A stretch of 63,507 nucleotides of DNA, filler included, from Dehalococcoidia bacterium (GCA_041494685.1; 4 parts of 4 records of this genome joined end to end with filler, not necessarily neighbours in it); one strand, 5' to 3'. Shown: positions 17,163-26,949, counted from the whole stretch's first letter. The notes: generated from the sequence alone by a model not told the origin. Made by a program: numbers and translations.

Positions 17163-18892
17163 ATGGATCTCTCCGCGCTACTGCCCGCGATCGACCAGGC
17201 CGTCGACCTCGACCGCCTGCGCCGCCGCATGTCCGCCGCCGGCTCCCTCATGCTCGGCGTCAGCGACGGCGCGAAGGCCGCTGCGCTCGCGGCGCTGGCG
17301 CGCGGCATCACCGTCCCGATCCTGGTCGTCACGCCGCGCCCGCAGCACGCGGAGGCGCTCGTCGACGAGCTGGCGGCGTGGCTGGGGGCGGCGGGCGCGC
17401 AGCGCGTGCTGCTCTACCCGGAGCGCGACGCGCTCCCGTACGAGCGTCTGGCGCCCGACCCCGACGACGTCACGCGCCGCCTGCAAGTGCTCGACGCGCT
17501 GCGGACGAGCGGCGGCACCGCGCCGATCATCGTCGCCTGCGCCGCCGCGCTCGCGCAGCGCACGCTGACGCCCGAAGAGCTGACGGCGACGACGGTGGCG
17601 CTCGCCCGCGGCGAGAAGGCCGGCCAGCGCGAGCTGCTGCGCGCGCTCGACGCCGGCGGCTACCGCATGGCGCCGCAGGTCTCGGCGCCGGGCGAGGCGT
17701 CGCGGCGCGGCGGCATCGTGGACGTGTGGCCGCCGTCGGAGGAGCTGCCGCTGCGCATCGAGCTGTTCGGCGACGACGTCGAGAGCATCCGCGCCTTCGA
17801 CCCGGCGACGCAGCGGTCGTTCGGGCAGCGCGACGACCTGCGCATCGGCCCCGCGCGCGAGCTGATCCCCGACCACGCGCGGATGAACGCGCTGGCGGAC
17901 CGCATGCAGGTCGCCGGGCTGCGCGGCGAGCAGCGGGAGCGCGTCGACCGCGACATCGCGCTGCTGCGCGCGGGCGAGGCGTTCGACGGCGACGATCACT
18001 ACACGGCGTTCCTCGCCACGGCCACGCTGCTCGACCACCTGCCGGCCGACGCGCTGCTGGTCGTCGACGAGCCCGCCGACGTGGCAGCGGTGCAGCAGGA
18101 GCACGACGAGCGCGCCGCCGACGCTCGCCGCGAGCTGGAGCACCGCGGCGAGCTGCCGCACGGCATGCCGGAGCCGCACCTGCCGTGGGCGCAACTGGGC
18201 GCGGCACTCGACGCGCCGGAGCGCAGGCTGACACTCTCGCGCTGGGCGACGGGCGAGGCGGACGCGCCCGACGCCGGCGCGGCGGTGCGGCTGCCGTTCG
18301 GGCCGGCGGCGGCGTACGGCGGCCGGCTGCGCGTGCTGGCGGACGAGCTGTCGCAGACGCTGCGGCGCGGCCAGCAGGTCGTCGTCGTGTCCACGCAGTC
18401 GAAGCGGCTGGCGGAGCTGCTGGAGGAGCACGACGTCTTCGCGCGCGTCGCCGACACGATGGCCAAGCCGACGCTCGGTCGCGGCGCGCTGACGCTACTG
18501 CACGGCTCGCTGCCGCACGGCTGGTCCGTCGGCGAGGAAGGCCGCGGCCTGACGCTGCTCACGGACGCGGAGGTGTTCGGCTTCAGCAAGCAGCGCCGGG
18601 CGCCCGCCCGCCGCGGCGCGACGCGCGAGCGGTTCTTGGCCGACCTGACGCCGGGCGAGTTCGTCGTGCACGTCGAGCACGGCATCGCGCGCTTCGCCGG
18701 GCTGGCGCGGCGCGGCATCGACGGCCAGGAGCGCGAGTACCTGGAGCTGCACTACGCCGACGGCGACCGCCTCTTCGTGCCGACGGAGCAGGCCGACCGC
18801 GTCAGCCGCTACATCGGCCCCAGCGAGCACCACCCGTCGCTGACCCGGCTCGGGTCGCAGGAGTGGCCGCGGGCGAAGGCGCGCGTCCGCCG
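17163..18892 (+). CDS. mfd: Transcription-repair coupling factor, N-terminal part (truncated by contig end)
   Basis: UvrB-like RGGIVDVWP...RIELFGDDVESIR; RID domain GEFVVHVEHGIARF...YADGDRLFVP. Confidence 0.93.
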
Positions 18893-18992
18893 NNNNNNNN
18901 NNNNNNNNNNNNNNNNNNNNNNNNNNNNNNNNNNNNTTAATTAATTAANNNNNNNNNNNNNNNNNNNNNNNNNNNNNNNNNNNNNNNNNNNN
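18893..18992. other. Artificial contig linker
   Basis: N-run, TTAATTAATTAA, N-run. Confidence 0.98.
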
Positions 18993-19106
18993 CGCGAGGA
19001 GCACGTGCTCGACGTCCCACTGCGAGTGCCGCTGCGTGCGGACCATGTCCTGCGACGCCGCCAGCACTTCCTGCGCCTGCTGTGTGAATCGGTCCTGTCT
19101 CATCAT
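18993..19106 (-). CDS. ClpB/ClpC-family AAA+ chaperone, N-terminus (partial)
   Basis: Hand translation MMRQDRFTQQAQEVLAASQDMVRTQRHSQWDVEHVLLA (Clp_N repeat); AGGAG RBS; downstream of hspR. Confidence 0.85.
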
Positions 19107-19127
19107 GACGTTCTACTCCTGGCCCCT

Positions 19128-19386
19128 CCCCGGGCGGACGGGTCTAAAGACCCGTCCCTACGAGTTCCGGCGCGCTCTGCACACCGCTTCCTGCTTCCTA
19201 CTCCCTCGGCGCCGACAGCCGCCGCTCTTGCAGTCCGTTGTGCCCGGCGGCGACGAATCGTGCGGAAACGTACTCCCCCGGGCGGACGGGTCTAAAGACC
19301 CGTCCCTACGAGTTCCGGCGCGCTCTGCCACCGCCTCCTGCTTCCTACTCCCTCGGTGCCGACAGCCGCCGCTCTTGCAGCCGTTG
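19128..19386. repeat. About 110-bp direct repeat (two copies, 148 bp apart) containing a REP-like hairpin and the hspR 3' end
   Basis: 19128-19240 and 19276-19386 are nearly identical. Confidence 0.92.
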
Positions 19387-19695
19387 CACTTCGCGTCGCA
19401 GCGACTCCATCTCCGCCTCCATCGCCTGCATCCGTTGGCCCATGCGGAGGATCACCTCCACGCCGGCGAGATTGACGCCGAGATCGCTCATCAGGCGCTG
19501 CACGTGACGCAGCCGCAGGATGTCGGCGCGCGAGTAGAGGCGGATGTTGCCGCGCGAGCGCTTGGGCTCGACGAGGCCGACGCGCTCGTACTGGCGCAGC
19601 GTCTGCGCGTGCATGCCGACGATGCGCGCCGCGACGGAGATCACGTAGATCGGCGCTTCGTCGTCGTGCTCGTCGTAGTGCCGTTCCATCCCCAT
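19345..19695 (-). CDS. hspR: Heat-shock repressor HspR (MerR family)
   Basis: YVISVAARIVGMHAQTLRQYER...LGVNLAGVEVIL; lies between dnaJ and clp. Confidence 0.92.
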   Translation of the reverse strand: MGMERHYDEHDDEAPIYVISVAARIVGMHAQTLRQYERVGLVEPKRSRGNIRLYSRADILRLRHVQRLMSDLGVNLAGVEVILRMGQRMQAMEAEMESLRREVQRLQERRLSAPRE

Positions 19696-19709
19696 GTCCC
19701 GTCGCAACC

Positions 19710-19733
19710 GGGCGCAGCAGGCTGCGCCCCTAC
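19710..19733 (-). repeat. REP-like palindrome (GTAG plus hairpin)
   Basis: GTAG-GGGCGCAGC-CT-GCTGCGCCC; identical copy at 61834-61857. Confidence 0.8.
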
Positions 19734-19744
19734 GTTGCCGCCTG

Positions 19745-20701
19745 CTACACGCCGGCCTGCGCCAACTGCTCGAACAGGTGCTTCTGTTGCTCGTCCAGCG
19801 CCTCCGGCAGGCGGATGCGCACGCGCGCGTGCAGGTCGCCCCTGCCCTCTTTGCCGAGGCGCGGCATGCCGAGCCCCGCCAGCTTGAACACGCGGCCGTT
19901 CTGCGTCAGCGGCGGCACCTTCAGCATCACCTTCGCGGTGACCGTCGGCACCTCGGTCTCGCCGCCCAGCACGGCGACGGTCAGCGGCACGTCGATGTCT
20001 TCGATCAGGTCGTCGCCCTTGCGCTCGAAGCGGGGGTGCGGGCGCACCGTGACGGCGAGCAGCAGGTCGCCCTTGGCGCCGCCGCCCATGCCGGGCTGCC
20101 CTTCTTTCGCGACGCGGACCTTCGCGCCGGTCGCGACGCCCGCCGGGATCTTCACTTCGAGGCGGCGGGGGCGCTGCACTTCGCCGTGGCCGCCGCAGAT
20201 GTGGCAGGTCGCGCCTGCGACGTCGCCCGCGCCGCCGCAGGTGGGGCAGGGCTCGCGCGTCAGCAGCTCCAGCGTGCGCTCGGTGCCGTGGTAGGCCTCT
20301 TCGAGCGTCACGTCGACCGGGTGCGTCACGTCAGTGCCGCGGCGGGACATGGCGCGCTGGCCGCCGCGGCCGAAGAAGGTCTGGAAGACGTCTCCCAGGT
20401 CGTGCTGCTGGAATCCGCCGTTGCCGCCGCCGCGGAAGTGCGCGCGCTGGCGGCGCTGCTCCTCGATCTGGTCGGCGTACTCCCACTGGTCGCCGTAGCG
20501 GTCGTACTTGCCGCGCTTCTCGGCGTCGGAGAGCACCTCGTAGGCGCTGTTGATCTCTTTGAAGGTGGTCTCGGCGGCCTTGTTGCCGGGGTTGACGTCC
20601 GGGTGATGCTTGCGCGCGAGCTTCCGGTACGCGGACCGGATCTCCTTTTCGGAAGCGTCGCGCTTGACGCCGAGGACGTCGTAGAAGTTCTTTGCGGCCA
20701 T
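19745..20701 (-). CDS. dnaJ: DnaJ/CbpA-family co-chaperone
   Basis: J-domain with HPD, two CxxCxGxG repeats, DnaJ C-terminal domain. Confidence 0.92.
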   Translation of the reverse strand: MAAKNFYDVLGVKRDASEKEIRSAYRKLARKHHPDVNPGNKAAETTFKEINSAYEVLSDAEKRGKYDRYGDQWEYADQIEEQRRQRAHFRGGGNGGFQQHDLGDVFQTFFGRGGQRAMSRRGTDVTHPVDVTLEEAYHGTERTLELLTREPCPTCGGAGDVAGATCHICGGHGEVQRPRRLEVKIPAGVATGAKVRVAKEGQPGMGGGAKGDLLLAVTVRPHPRFERKGDDLIEDIDVPLTVAVLGGETEVPTVTAKVMLKVPPLTQNGRVFKLAGLGMPRLGKEGRGDLHARVRIRLPEALDEQQKHLFEQLAQAGV

Positions 20702-20708
20702 CGCATCC

Positions 20709-20775
20709 AGTCTAGCGAGGCCAGGATCGAGATATCAAGGGTGCTGGAAGCAAAGTTGATAGTGCGACTATCAAG
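20709..20775 (-). promoter_or_regulatory. dnaJ promoter with HAIR-like inverted repeat
   Basis: -10 TAGACT (20714-20709), -35 TTGATA (20738-20733), inverted repeat TTGATAGT-GCG-ACTATCAA 20756-20774. Confidence 0.75.
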
Positions 20776-20807
20776 TCGGCGGTGCTGTAGGTGAGCCGGA
20801 CGTGCGG

Positions 20808-20970
20808 GAAGGCGCCTTGCGGCGCCCTCTTCGTCGGGTCTGGTTGGGATGCTGGTTCCGGGCTACTCCGTGGCGGCGAAGGCCACCCTTCGCAACGCAT
20901 TCGACCGGCTCTTCAACGCCCCGAACGGCGTCGGCGCGGAGGGCTTCCTACCCGTCGACCTGAGCACCTC
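20808..20970 (-). ncRNA. Candidate structured small RNA, family unassigned
   Basis: -10 TAACAT upstream, closing stem, internal stems and a terminal GCAA-loop hairpin; no credible ORF. Confidence 0.35.
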
Positions 20971-20986
20971 GCGCCGTATGTTACAG

Positions 20987-21616
20987 CTAATCGTCTCCTG
21001 AGCAGCGAGATGTCGGGGTCTTCGCTTCCGCGCTTGTGCATCCTGCATGTCCCGCCGCCTCGGTCGCGGCGATTGACGCAATCTGCGACGGCGAGGGCGT
21101 GGGCCAACGAGTCGGCAGCGGCGTCGGTATCCGCGCCGCGCTGTCTTCGCGAGGATCTATCCCGGCGAAGCAGGCAAAGTCATTGTCGCCGGGACCGACT
21201 TGTTCGACATGCCACGAGCGCGCGTCTCCGCACAGCATGTTGTCCAAGGCGTAGAAATCACCACTGTGGTTCACGACGCTATTGATGTTGTCGATGAGGC
21301 TCTTGATGGCGGGAGCGCATGTACCGCCACCGGGCCAAGACAGGCAGTACTTGGACATGTCGCACATCCCGGCGTTGCCTTGGCAAAGGGCGCCATTCGT
21401 GTCGGTCGAGTGTTGGATCGCTTTCGAGACTCTCGTCGGCTCGATGACGAGTGTGGGCAGGACAATCGCAGGCGTCGAGGTGCGGTCAACGCCGGTCGCT
21501 GGTGCGGTCATGGTCGGAATTACGTGAGCGACCGTAGCGCCCCCGCAGGCGACCGCGAGGAGTGCGAGAGCCGAAAGGCCAGCGATACCGATCGTCCTCA
21601 TGTCGAATTGCAGCAT
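20987..21616 (-). CDS. Hypothetical Cys-rich lipoprotein
   Basis: Signal peptide ending LAVAC-GG, Pro/Thr linkers, multiple Cys. Confidence 0.65.
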   Translation of the reverse strand: MLQFDMRTIGIAGLSALALLAVACGGATVAHVIPTMTAPATGVDRTSTPAIVLPTLVIEPTRVSKAIQHSTDTNGALCQGNAGMCDMSKYCLSWPGGGTCAPAIKSLIDNINSVVNHSGDFYALDNMLCGDARSWHVEQVGPGDNDFACFAGIDPREDSAARIPTPLPTRWPTPSPSQIASIAATEAAGHAGCTSAEAKTPTSRCSGDD

Positions 21617-21714
21617 GCTACCTAGAGTATCGGCAGTCAGAAGCGTCGAGCGCACCTCTTATCACTAGTGACGCACTGGAGGCGGCGGGCCTCTCGACCG
21701 ATGATCATCGTAAG

Positions 21715-22713
21715 ATGTTGCGCTTACTGGCACACACGAAGATGCTACCGGTAGCGGCTGCCGGTATCATCGGCGCGCTCGCGGCCGCCACGGCAGTCCT
21801 CGGCTACGACCGTCTGATGACGCCGGTCGCTGGTCCCTCGGTGACGGCCCCCGGAGCGGTCGATGCTGCCCGCTCGGCAATTCCTTCACCATCGCTGAGC
21901 GCCACGCCATCCCCGACTCCGACACCCGCCGTATACGCCTGCCGCGTCGGCGGCACGACGCCAGCCTACTTTGAAATGCATACACCCGGACCGACGGAAG
22001 ATTGCAGCCTCATTCCTGAGAACTTGGTCGGCACGTTGCGTTCCGACCTCGCCGAATCGGCCAGAAGCGGGGTGCCGTTGCTCGGACCATGCGGAGTGCG
22101 CGGCTATCCCGATCTGAGACCGGAATGCGCGCAGACGCCGCCACCGATTCCGACCGTGACGTCACGCCCAGTACCGACAAGTACCCCGGCTCACAGAGTC
22201 ATCTGGTACCTTCCGTCCGACACCGAGCTCGCGCTTGCGTGTGCGGCGGCTGGACTAGCCTGGCGTGATCCGCCAGTACCCTGTTCGCTGCTGGCCATGA
22301 AGACCTACGACAGTCCCGCCCGCGTCTGCCCAGGATCGGCGCCCATGGTGGGAGTTGTCGACATCGAGATGAACCCCGCGACGAAGGAGTGGTCCTGTGT
22401 CGTGTACAACTGGATCACCGGCCCAGCGGAAGCAAACCCAACACCGACACCCGACTTGCGGCCCAGGGTCTGGAAGGACCCCTTCTACATACAGTTCTTT
22501 GCGTTCCGCGCGTACGGCGCTAATCTCGCTCCGAACAGCCGGTTTACGATCTACACGGTGGGCACCGACGGCACGCGACACGATCTCCTGACTCAGGCCG
22601 CGGACGCGAACGGCAATTTTACAGCCGTCGTCCACGGCACCGAGCAGACGTTGGGCGACGCCTTTGCAGATGTCCAGACGAAAGACGGTCCGCAGTCTTT
22701 ACCCCTGCGTTGA
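21715..22713 (+). CDS. Hypothetical secreted/anchored Cys- and Pro/Thr-rich protein
   Basis: N-terminal hydrophobic helix, TPSPTPTP linkers, paired Cys, beta-rich C-terminus. Confidence 0.6.
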   Translation: MLRLLAHTKMLPVAAAGIIGALAAATAVLGYDRLMTPVAGPSVTAPGAVDAARSAIPSPSLSATPSPTPTPAVYACRVGGTTPAYFEMHTPGPTEDCSLIPENLVGTLRSDLAESARSGVPLLGPCGVRGYPDLRPECAQTPPPIPTVTSRPVPTSTPAHRVIWYLPSDTELALACAAAGLAWRDPPVPCSLLAMKTYDSPARVCPGSAPMVGVVDIEMNPATKEWSCVVYNWITGPAEANPTPTPDLRPRVWKDPFYIQFFAFRAYGANLAPNSRFTIYTVGTDGTRHDLLTQAADANGNFTAVVHGTEQTLGDAFADVQTKDGPQSLPLR

Positions 22714-22790
22714 CAACGAGATGAACCCAGCCACGCACGGGCCGACCTTGCATCTCCGCCTATTCCCGGCGAGTCACTCCGAGTTGCGCG

Positions 22791-24905
22791 TTACTCCGCA
22801 GGCTTATCGCTCGCCGCGGCGACGGCCGCGGCCGCGGGCGAGCCGCCGTCGGGGCGGCCGATGACGGTGAGCTCCAGCAGCTCCGCCACGTCGAACGTCT
22901 TGATGCGCTTCTCCTCGTCCGGCTCCACGGTCGGGATGCCATCGTCGAACATCTGGATGCAGAAGGGGCAGGCCGTCGCGACGATCTTCGCGCCCGTTGC
23001 GATGGCCTCCTCCGAGCGGGCGACGTTGATGCGCTTGCCCGCCGACTCCTCCATCCACATGTGCCCGCCGCCGGCGCCGCAGCAGAAGCTGTTCTCGCGG
23101 TTGCGGGGCATCTCCACGCGGGCGCCGCCGGGCAGCGCGTCGAGGATGTCGCGCGGGCTGTCGTAGTTGCCGTTGTGGCGGCCCAGGTAGCAGGAGTCGT
23201 GGTACGTGATCGTCAGCGGCATCTCCTGCTTCGGCACGAGCGCGCCGTCGCGCAGCAGCTTCGAGAGGAACGACGTGTGGTGGATGACCTCGAAGTTGCC
23301 CTCGAACGCCGGGTACTCGTTCGTCATGGTGTTGAAACAGTGCGGGCAGTTGGTGATGATCTTCTTGACGCCCTTGGCGTTCAGCACCTCGATCAGCGAC
23401 TTGGCCTGCTCCTGGTAGAGGTACTCGTTGCCGAGGCGGCGCGCCGGGTCGCCGGTGCACTGCTCCTCATCGCCGAGCACGCCCCAGCTGACGCCGGCCT
23501 CGTTCAGCAGCCGGGCGACGGCGCGGGTGATCGGGATGTTGCGGTCCACGAGCGCGCCGGAGCAGCCGACCCAGTAGAGGTACTTCTGGCTGCCGTCGTA
23601 CGCCGGCACGTCCAGCCCTTCCATCCACGACGTGCGCGTGAACGGGGTGCCGCGCCAGGGGTGGCCGCGCTGCTCGATCTGCATGAGCGTGGCGGCCGCC
23701 GTCTCCGGCATGTTGGCCTCGTTCATCGTGAGGAAGCGGCGCATGTCCTGGAGCGCCGGGATGTGCTCGATGAAGACGGGGCACTGGTACTGGCAGGCGC
23801 CGCAAGTGACGCAGTCCCACACGGGGTTGAAGCCGACCGCATCGATCAGCGTCAGCTCTTCCACCTGCGCGTGGCCGTTGCCGTCGCCGTCCGCCTTCGG
23901 CGCCTTCAGGGCGTCCCAGACGAAGAGCGGCGAGCTGATCTTCTTCACTTCGACCTCGATAGCCCTGCGCATCTCGTGCATGATCTTCTTCGGCGAGAGC
24001 TCCTTGCCGGTGAGGAACGCGGGGCAGTTGATCTCGCAGCGCCCGCACTCGGTGCAGGTGTACGGGTCGAGCATCTGCTTCCAGGTGAGGTCCTCGATGC
24101 GGCCGGCTCCGAAGCGCTCCAGGTTCTCGAAGTCGCGGATAGGCTGCAGCGTGCCGGTGGGGGCGATGCGCCGCAGCGCGACGTTGGGGATGACGGTCAG
24201 CACATGCGAGTGCTTGCTGTACGGCAGGTAGTTGAGGAAGGCCAGGAAGTCGTACAGGTGGGCGAACCAGAAGAAGTTGAGGAGGCCCTCCTCCGTGCCA
24301 CGCGACAGGCCGATGGCGTCCCACATTTGCGAGAGACCGCACGCGAGGAACGACCACTTCTCGCCGCCCTGCGGGTCGGTGGCGATCTCGAAGCTGTTGG
24401 TGAAGATGTCGGTGACCATCAGGAACGCGATGAAGAAGAGGATCAGCCAGGCGTCCATGTTGAAGGTCATGCGGGCGGGTTTCCAGAAGCGCCGTTGCCA
24501 GGCCGCCATGCCGCAGCCGACGAGCACCAGGATGTTGAACACATCCATCGGCGCGCGGACCGTGATGTCGTAGAGGTAGCCGAAGATGTGCTCGAGCGCG
24601 ATGTCCTCGCTGATGCCCTTCAGGAGGAAGTTGAGTGTGCGGACCTGGAGCACGATGAAGCCCCAGTAGATCATCGAGTGCAGCGCGCCGCTGTACCAGT
24701 AGCGCTTGCGGGCGACGCGGGCGTTGCCGAGCAGGTACGGGACGAGCGACGTGACCCGCTCGATCAGGTGGTCGAAGCGGTTATCGCCCTTGCCGCGGGC
24801 GAAGATCGAGATCTTGATGCTGGCGGAGTAGACGAAGAAGGCGATCGCGGCCAGGAATGAGACGTAATACAGGTAGTTGCCGGGGAATTCGTGGGTCGGG
24901 AGCAC
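22791..24905 (-). CDS. FadF-like membrane Fe-S oxidoreductase (HdrE/HdrD-like, CCG domains)
   Basis: N-terminal TM region, CTECGRCEINCP, CVTCGACQYQCP, CPHC, HDSCYLGR, CCGAGGG. Confidence 0.9.
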   Translation of the reverse strand: MLPTHEFPGNYLYYVSFLAAIAFFVYSASIKISIFARGKGDNRFDHLIERVTSLVPYLLGNARVARKRYWYSGALHSMIYWGFIVLQVRTLNFLLKGISEDIALEHIFGYLYDITVRAPMDVFNILVLVGCGMAAWQRRFWKPARMTFNMDAWLILFFIAFLMVTDIFTNSFEIATDPQGGEKWSFLACGLSQMWDAIGLSRGTEEGLLNFFWFAHLYDFLAFLNYLPYSKHSHVLTVIPNVALRRIAPTGTLQPIRDFENLERFGAGRIEDLTWKQMLDPYTCTECGRCEINCPAFLTGKELSPKKIMHEMRRAIEVEVKKISSPLFVWDALKAPKADGDGNGHAQVEELTLIDAVGFNPVWDCVTCGACQYQCPVFIEHIPALQDMRRFLTMNEANMPETAAATLMQIEQRGHPWRGTPFTRTSWMEGLDVPAYDGSQKYLYWVGCSGALVDRNIPITRAVARLLNEAGVSWGVLGDEEQCTGDPARRLGNEYLYQEQAKSLIEVLNAKGVKKIITNCPHCFNTMTNEYPAFEGNFEVIHHTSFLSKLLRDGALVPKQEMPLTITYHDSCYLGRHNGNYDSPRDILDALPGGARVEMPRNRENSFCCGAGGGHMWMEESAGKRINVARSEEAIATGAKIVATACPFCIQMFDDGIPTVEPDEEKRIKTFDVAELLELTVIGRPDGGSPAAAAVAAASDKPAE

Positions 24906-24993
24906 GCTGGCCCTCCTCGCTGTGCCGCCTCAGATTCGCGTCCCGATCATATCCGTGGCCCTATGCTGGAGCAATCGCGCCGCGGCCGGCCGG

Positions 24994-26160
24994 CTACGCC
25001 CGCACGGCGGCGCCCGCCTCGATGCGCCATAGCTGGGCGGCGGCGACGTACGCCGCGTCGAAGCGGTCCGGGTCCGGGCTGGTGATCAGCACCTGGTCGG
25101 CGTCGATGGCGGCGAGGACGCTGGCGCGACGCGCCTCGTCCAGCTCGGAGAGGACGTCGTCGAGCAGCAGCACCGGGCGCTCCCGCGTGCGCTCGTACAG
25201 CAGGCGGGCCTCGGCCAGGCGCAGCGCCAGCGCCGCGGTGCGCTGCTGCCCGCGCGACGCGAACGCCGAGGCGGACTCGCCGCCGAGCGTCATCGCCAGG
25301 TCGTCGCGGTGGGGGCCGGTGAGCGTGAGGCCGGCGGCCACGTCGCGGCCGTGCGAACCCTGGAGGCGGTCGAGCAGCGCCTCGGCGAGCTCGGGCTCCG
25401 TGGCGGCGGCGATGCGCTCGGGCGGCCAGGCGTCGCTGAAGCGCGGCAGGTACGCCAGCGCGAAGCGCTCGCGCTGGCCGCTGAGGCTGCCATGCGCCTC
25501 GGCGGCGCCTTCCGCCAGCGCGGCGACGGCGGCGGCGCGGCCGGCGAGCAGTGTGGCGCCGTCGCGCGCCAGCTCCTCGTCCCAGTACGCCAGCTCGTCG
25601 CGGCGGCTGCTGCCCTCCTGCACGCGCTTGAGCAGCGCATTCCGCTGCGTAACCACCTTCGTGTAGCGCTGGAGCGCGCGCAGGTACGCGTGGTCCACCT
25701 GGGAGAGCATCACGTCGAGATAGCGGCGACGGCCGGACGGCGCGCCCTTCACCAGCTCCATGTCGTCGGTGGTGAACAGCACGGCGGTGAGCGCGCCGAT
25801 CACGTCGGACGCGCGCTTGGCGACGCCGTTGAGCTTGAACCGCTTGGAGGCGAGTATCCGGTCGTGCGCGCCGGGTCGGCCGATCACGAGCAGCTCGACG
25901 CTGACGTCGCTGCCCGCGCGCTGTGCGACGCCGGCGACGCGTGCGAACGGCTGCGCGTCGCCGCGCACGTCCCAGGCAATGTAGTCGGCGTCGGTATCGG
26001 CGCGGTCGGAGCGGCCGGTGGCGAGCAATGCGACGGCTTCGAGGAGGTTCGTCTTGCCGTGGGCGTTCTGCCCCAGCAGCAGCACCGGCCCCGGCGCAAA
26101 CTCCATCTCCTGCCGCGCGTAGTTGCGGAAGTTCGTCAGCGAGAGCCGCTTGAGGTGCAT
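24994..26160 (-). CDS. recF: DNA replication/repair protein RecF
   Basis: NFRNY, GQNAHGKTN, GPHRDD, SRGQQR and LLDDVLSELD motifs. Confidence 0.97.
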   Translation of the reverse strand: MHLKRLSLTNFRNYARQEMEFAPGPVLLLGQNAHGKTNLLEAVALLATGRSDRADTDADYIAWDVRGDAQPFARVAGVAQRAGSDVSVELLVIGRPGAHDRILASKRFKLNGVAKRASDVIGALTAVLFTTDDMELVKGAPSGRRRYLDVMLSQVDHAYLRALQRYTKVVTQRNALLKRVQEGSSRRDELAYWDEELARDGATLLAGRAAAVAALAEGAAEAHGSLSGQRERFALAYLPRFSDAWPPERIAAATEPELAEALLDRLQGSHGRDVAAGLTLTGPHRDDLAMTLGGESASAFASRGQQRTAALALRLAEARLLYERTRERPVLLLDDVLSELDEARRASVLAAIDADQVLITSPDPDRFDAAYVAAAQLWRIEAGAAVRA

Positions 26161-26343
26161 CGCCGTCAGGTTACGGGGATGGGCGGTTGGAAGCGAGAAG
26201 CCGGAAGCTGGGCGAACCTAACCCCCTCACCTTCCCGGCGCGGGAAGGGGCGATCGAGTGGTCGTGGGCTGATTGTGCGTGCATCCGCGCGGCGATGGCG
26301 CCACCGCCCAATCACCAGCGACCAGCAACCAGCGGCCGGGCAA

Positions 26344-26949
26344 CTACTCCGGCAGGAAGCGGAGGCGGAGGCGGAGGGTGTCGGGGCGGGCTTCGTCGAC
26401 GAAGAGACGCTTGCCGGTGCCGGCGCTGACGCCGTCGGCGATGGCGCTGGCGGTCATCGGCTGCGAGAGCACGAGCTGGATGGCGGCCTCGTCGTCCTGG
26501 TAGCGGCGGACGGCCGCGGACTGCACCTGCGGCAGGCGGATGAGCGCGCGCTGCAGCTCCATCAGGCCCTGGAAGCCGGGCACGTCGGCGATCGTTACGT
26601 CGAGTCCCTCGCCGCCCGGCGCGAATGCCGGCTCCATCTCGGGCAGCTGCGGCTTGGCCTGCGGCGCCTGCGCCGCCAGCTGGCGCTGCTCGGCGAGCGA
26701 CGCCACGGCCCCGGTGAGGTCGGCCATGCGTTCGGCGAGGCGCTCGGTGTGTTCGACGAGGCGCGTCAGTATGTCGCTGAAGCGCTCCAGCGTCTCCATC
26801 ACCTGCGGCGGCACGCTCTGGGCGCGCGACTCGCGGTCGGCGGCGAGGATCACCTCGGCCTCCATCAGCCCCTGCGCGAGCGTCCGGGCGATGATCTCGG
26901 CGGCCCTGTCTATGGATTCGCTTGAGTGGTCGTGCGGGTCAGTGGTCAT
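26344..26949 (-). CDS. Hypothetical protein, coiled coil plus small alpha/beta C-terminal domain
   Basis: Host-like codon usage; TATAAT about 155 nt upstream. Confidence 0.7.
   Translation of the reverse strand: MTTDPHDHSSESIDRAAEIIARTLAQGLMEAEVILAADRESRAQSVPPQVMETLERFSDILTRLVEHTERLAERMADLTGAVASLAEQRQLAAQAPQAKPQLPEMEPAFAPGGEGLDVTIADVPGFQGLMELQRALIRLPQVQSAAVRRYQDDEAAIQLVLSQPMTASAIADGVSAGTGKRLFVDEARPDTLRLRLRFLPE

Noticed and set aside
18893..18992. Repeated TTAATTAATTAA within N runs (also 35673-35772 and 50260-50359)
   Set aside because: Six-frame stop linker from contig concatenation; not biological, and gene order across it is uninformative.
19128..19386. Possible mini CRISPR array (palindromic repeat twice)
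   Set aside because: Only two units, the intervening DNA is itself duplicated, and there are no cas genes.
20792..20910. GAGCCGG...CGCACGTCCGGCTC resembling group II intron domain V
   Set aside because: The halves are about 90 nt apart instead of forming the compact DV hairpin; no RT ORF or intron ends.
22791..24905. True heterodisulfide reductase / methanogenesis link
   Set aside because: The TM + 2x[4Fe-4S] + CCG fusion is the common bacterial FadF-type architecture.
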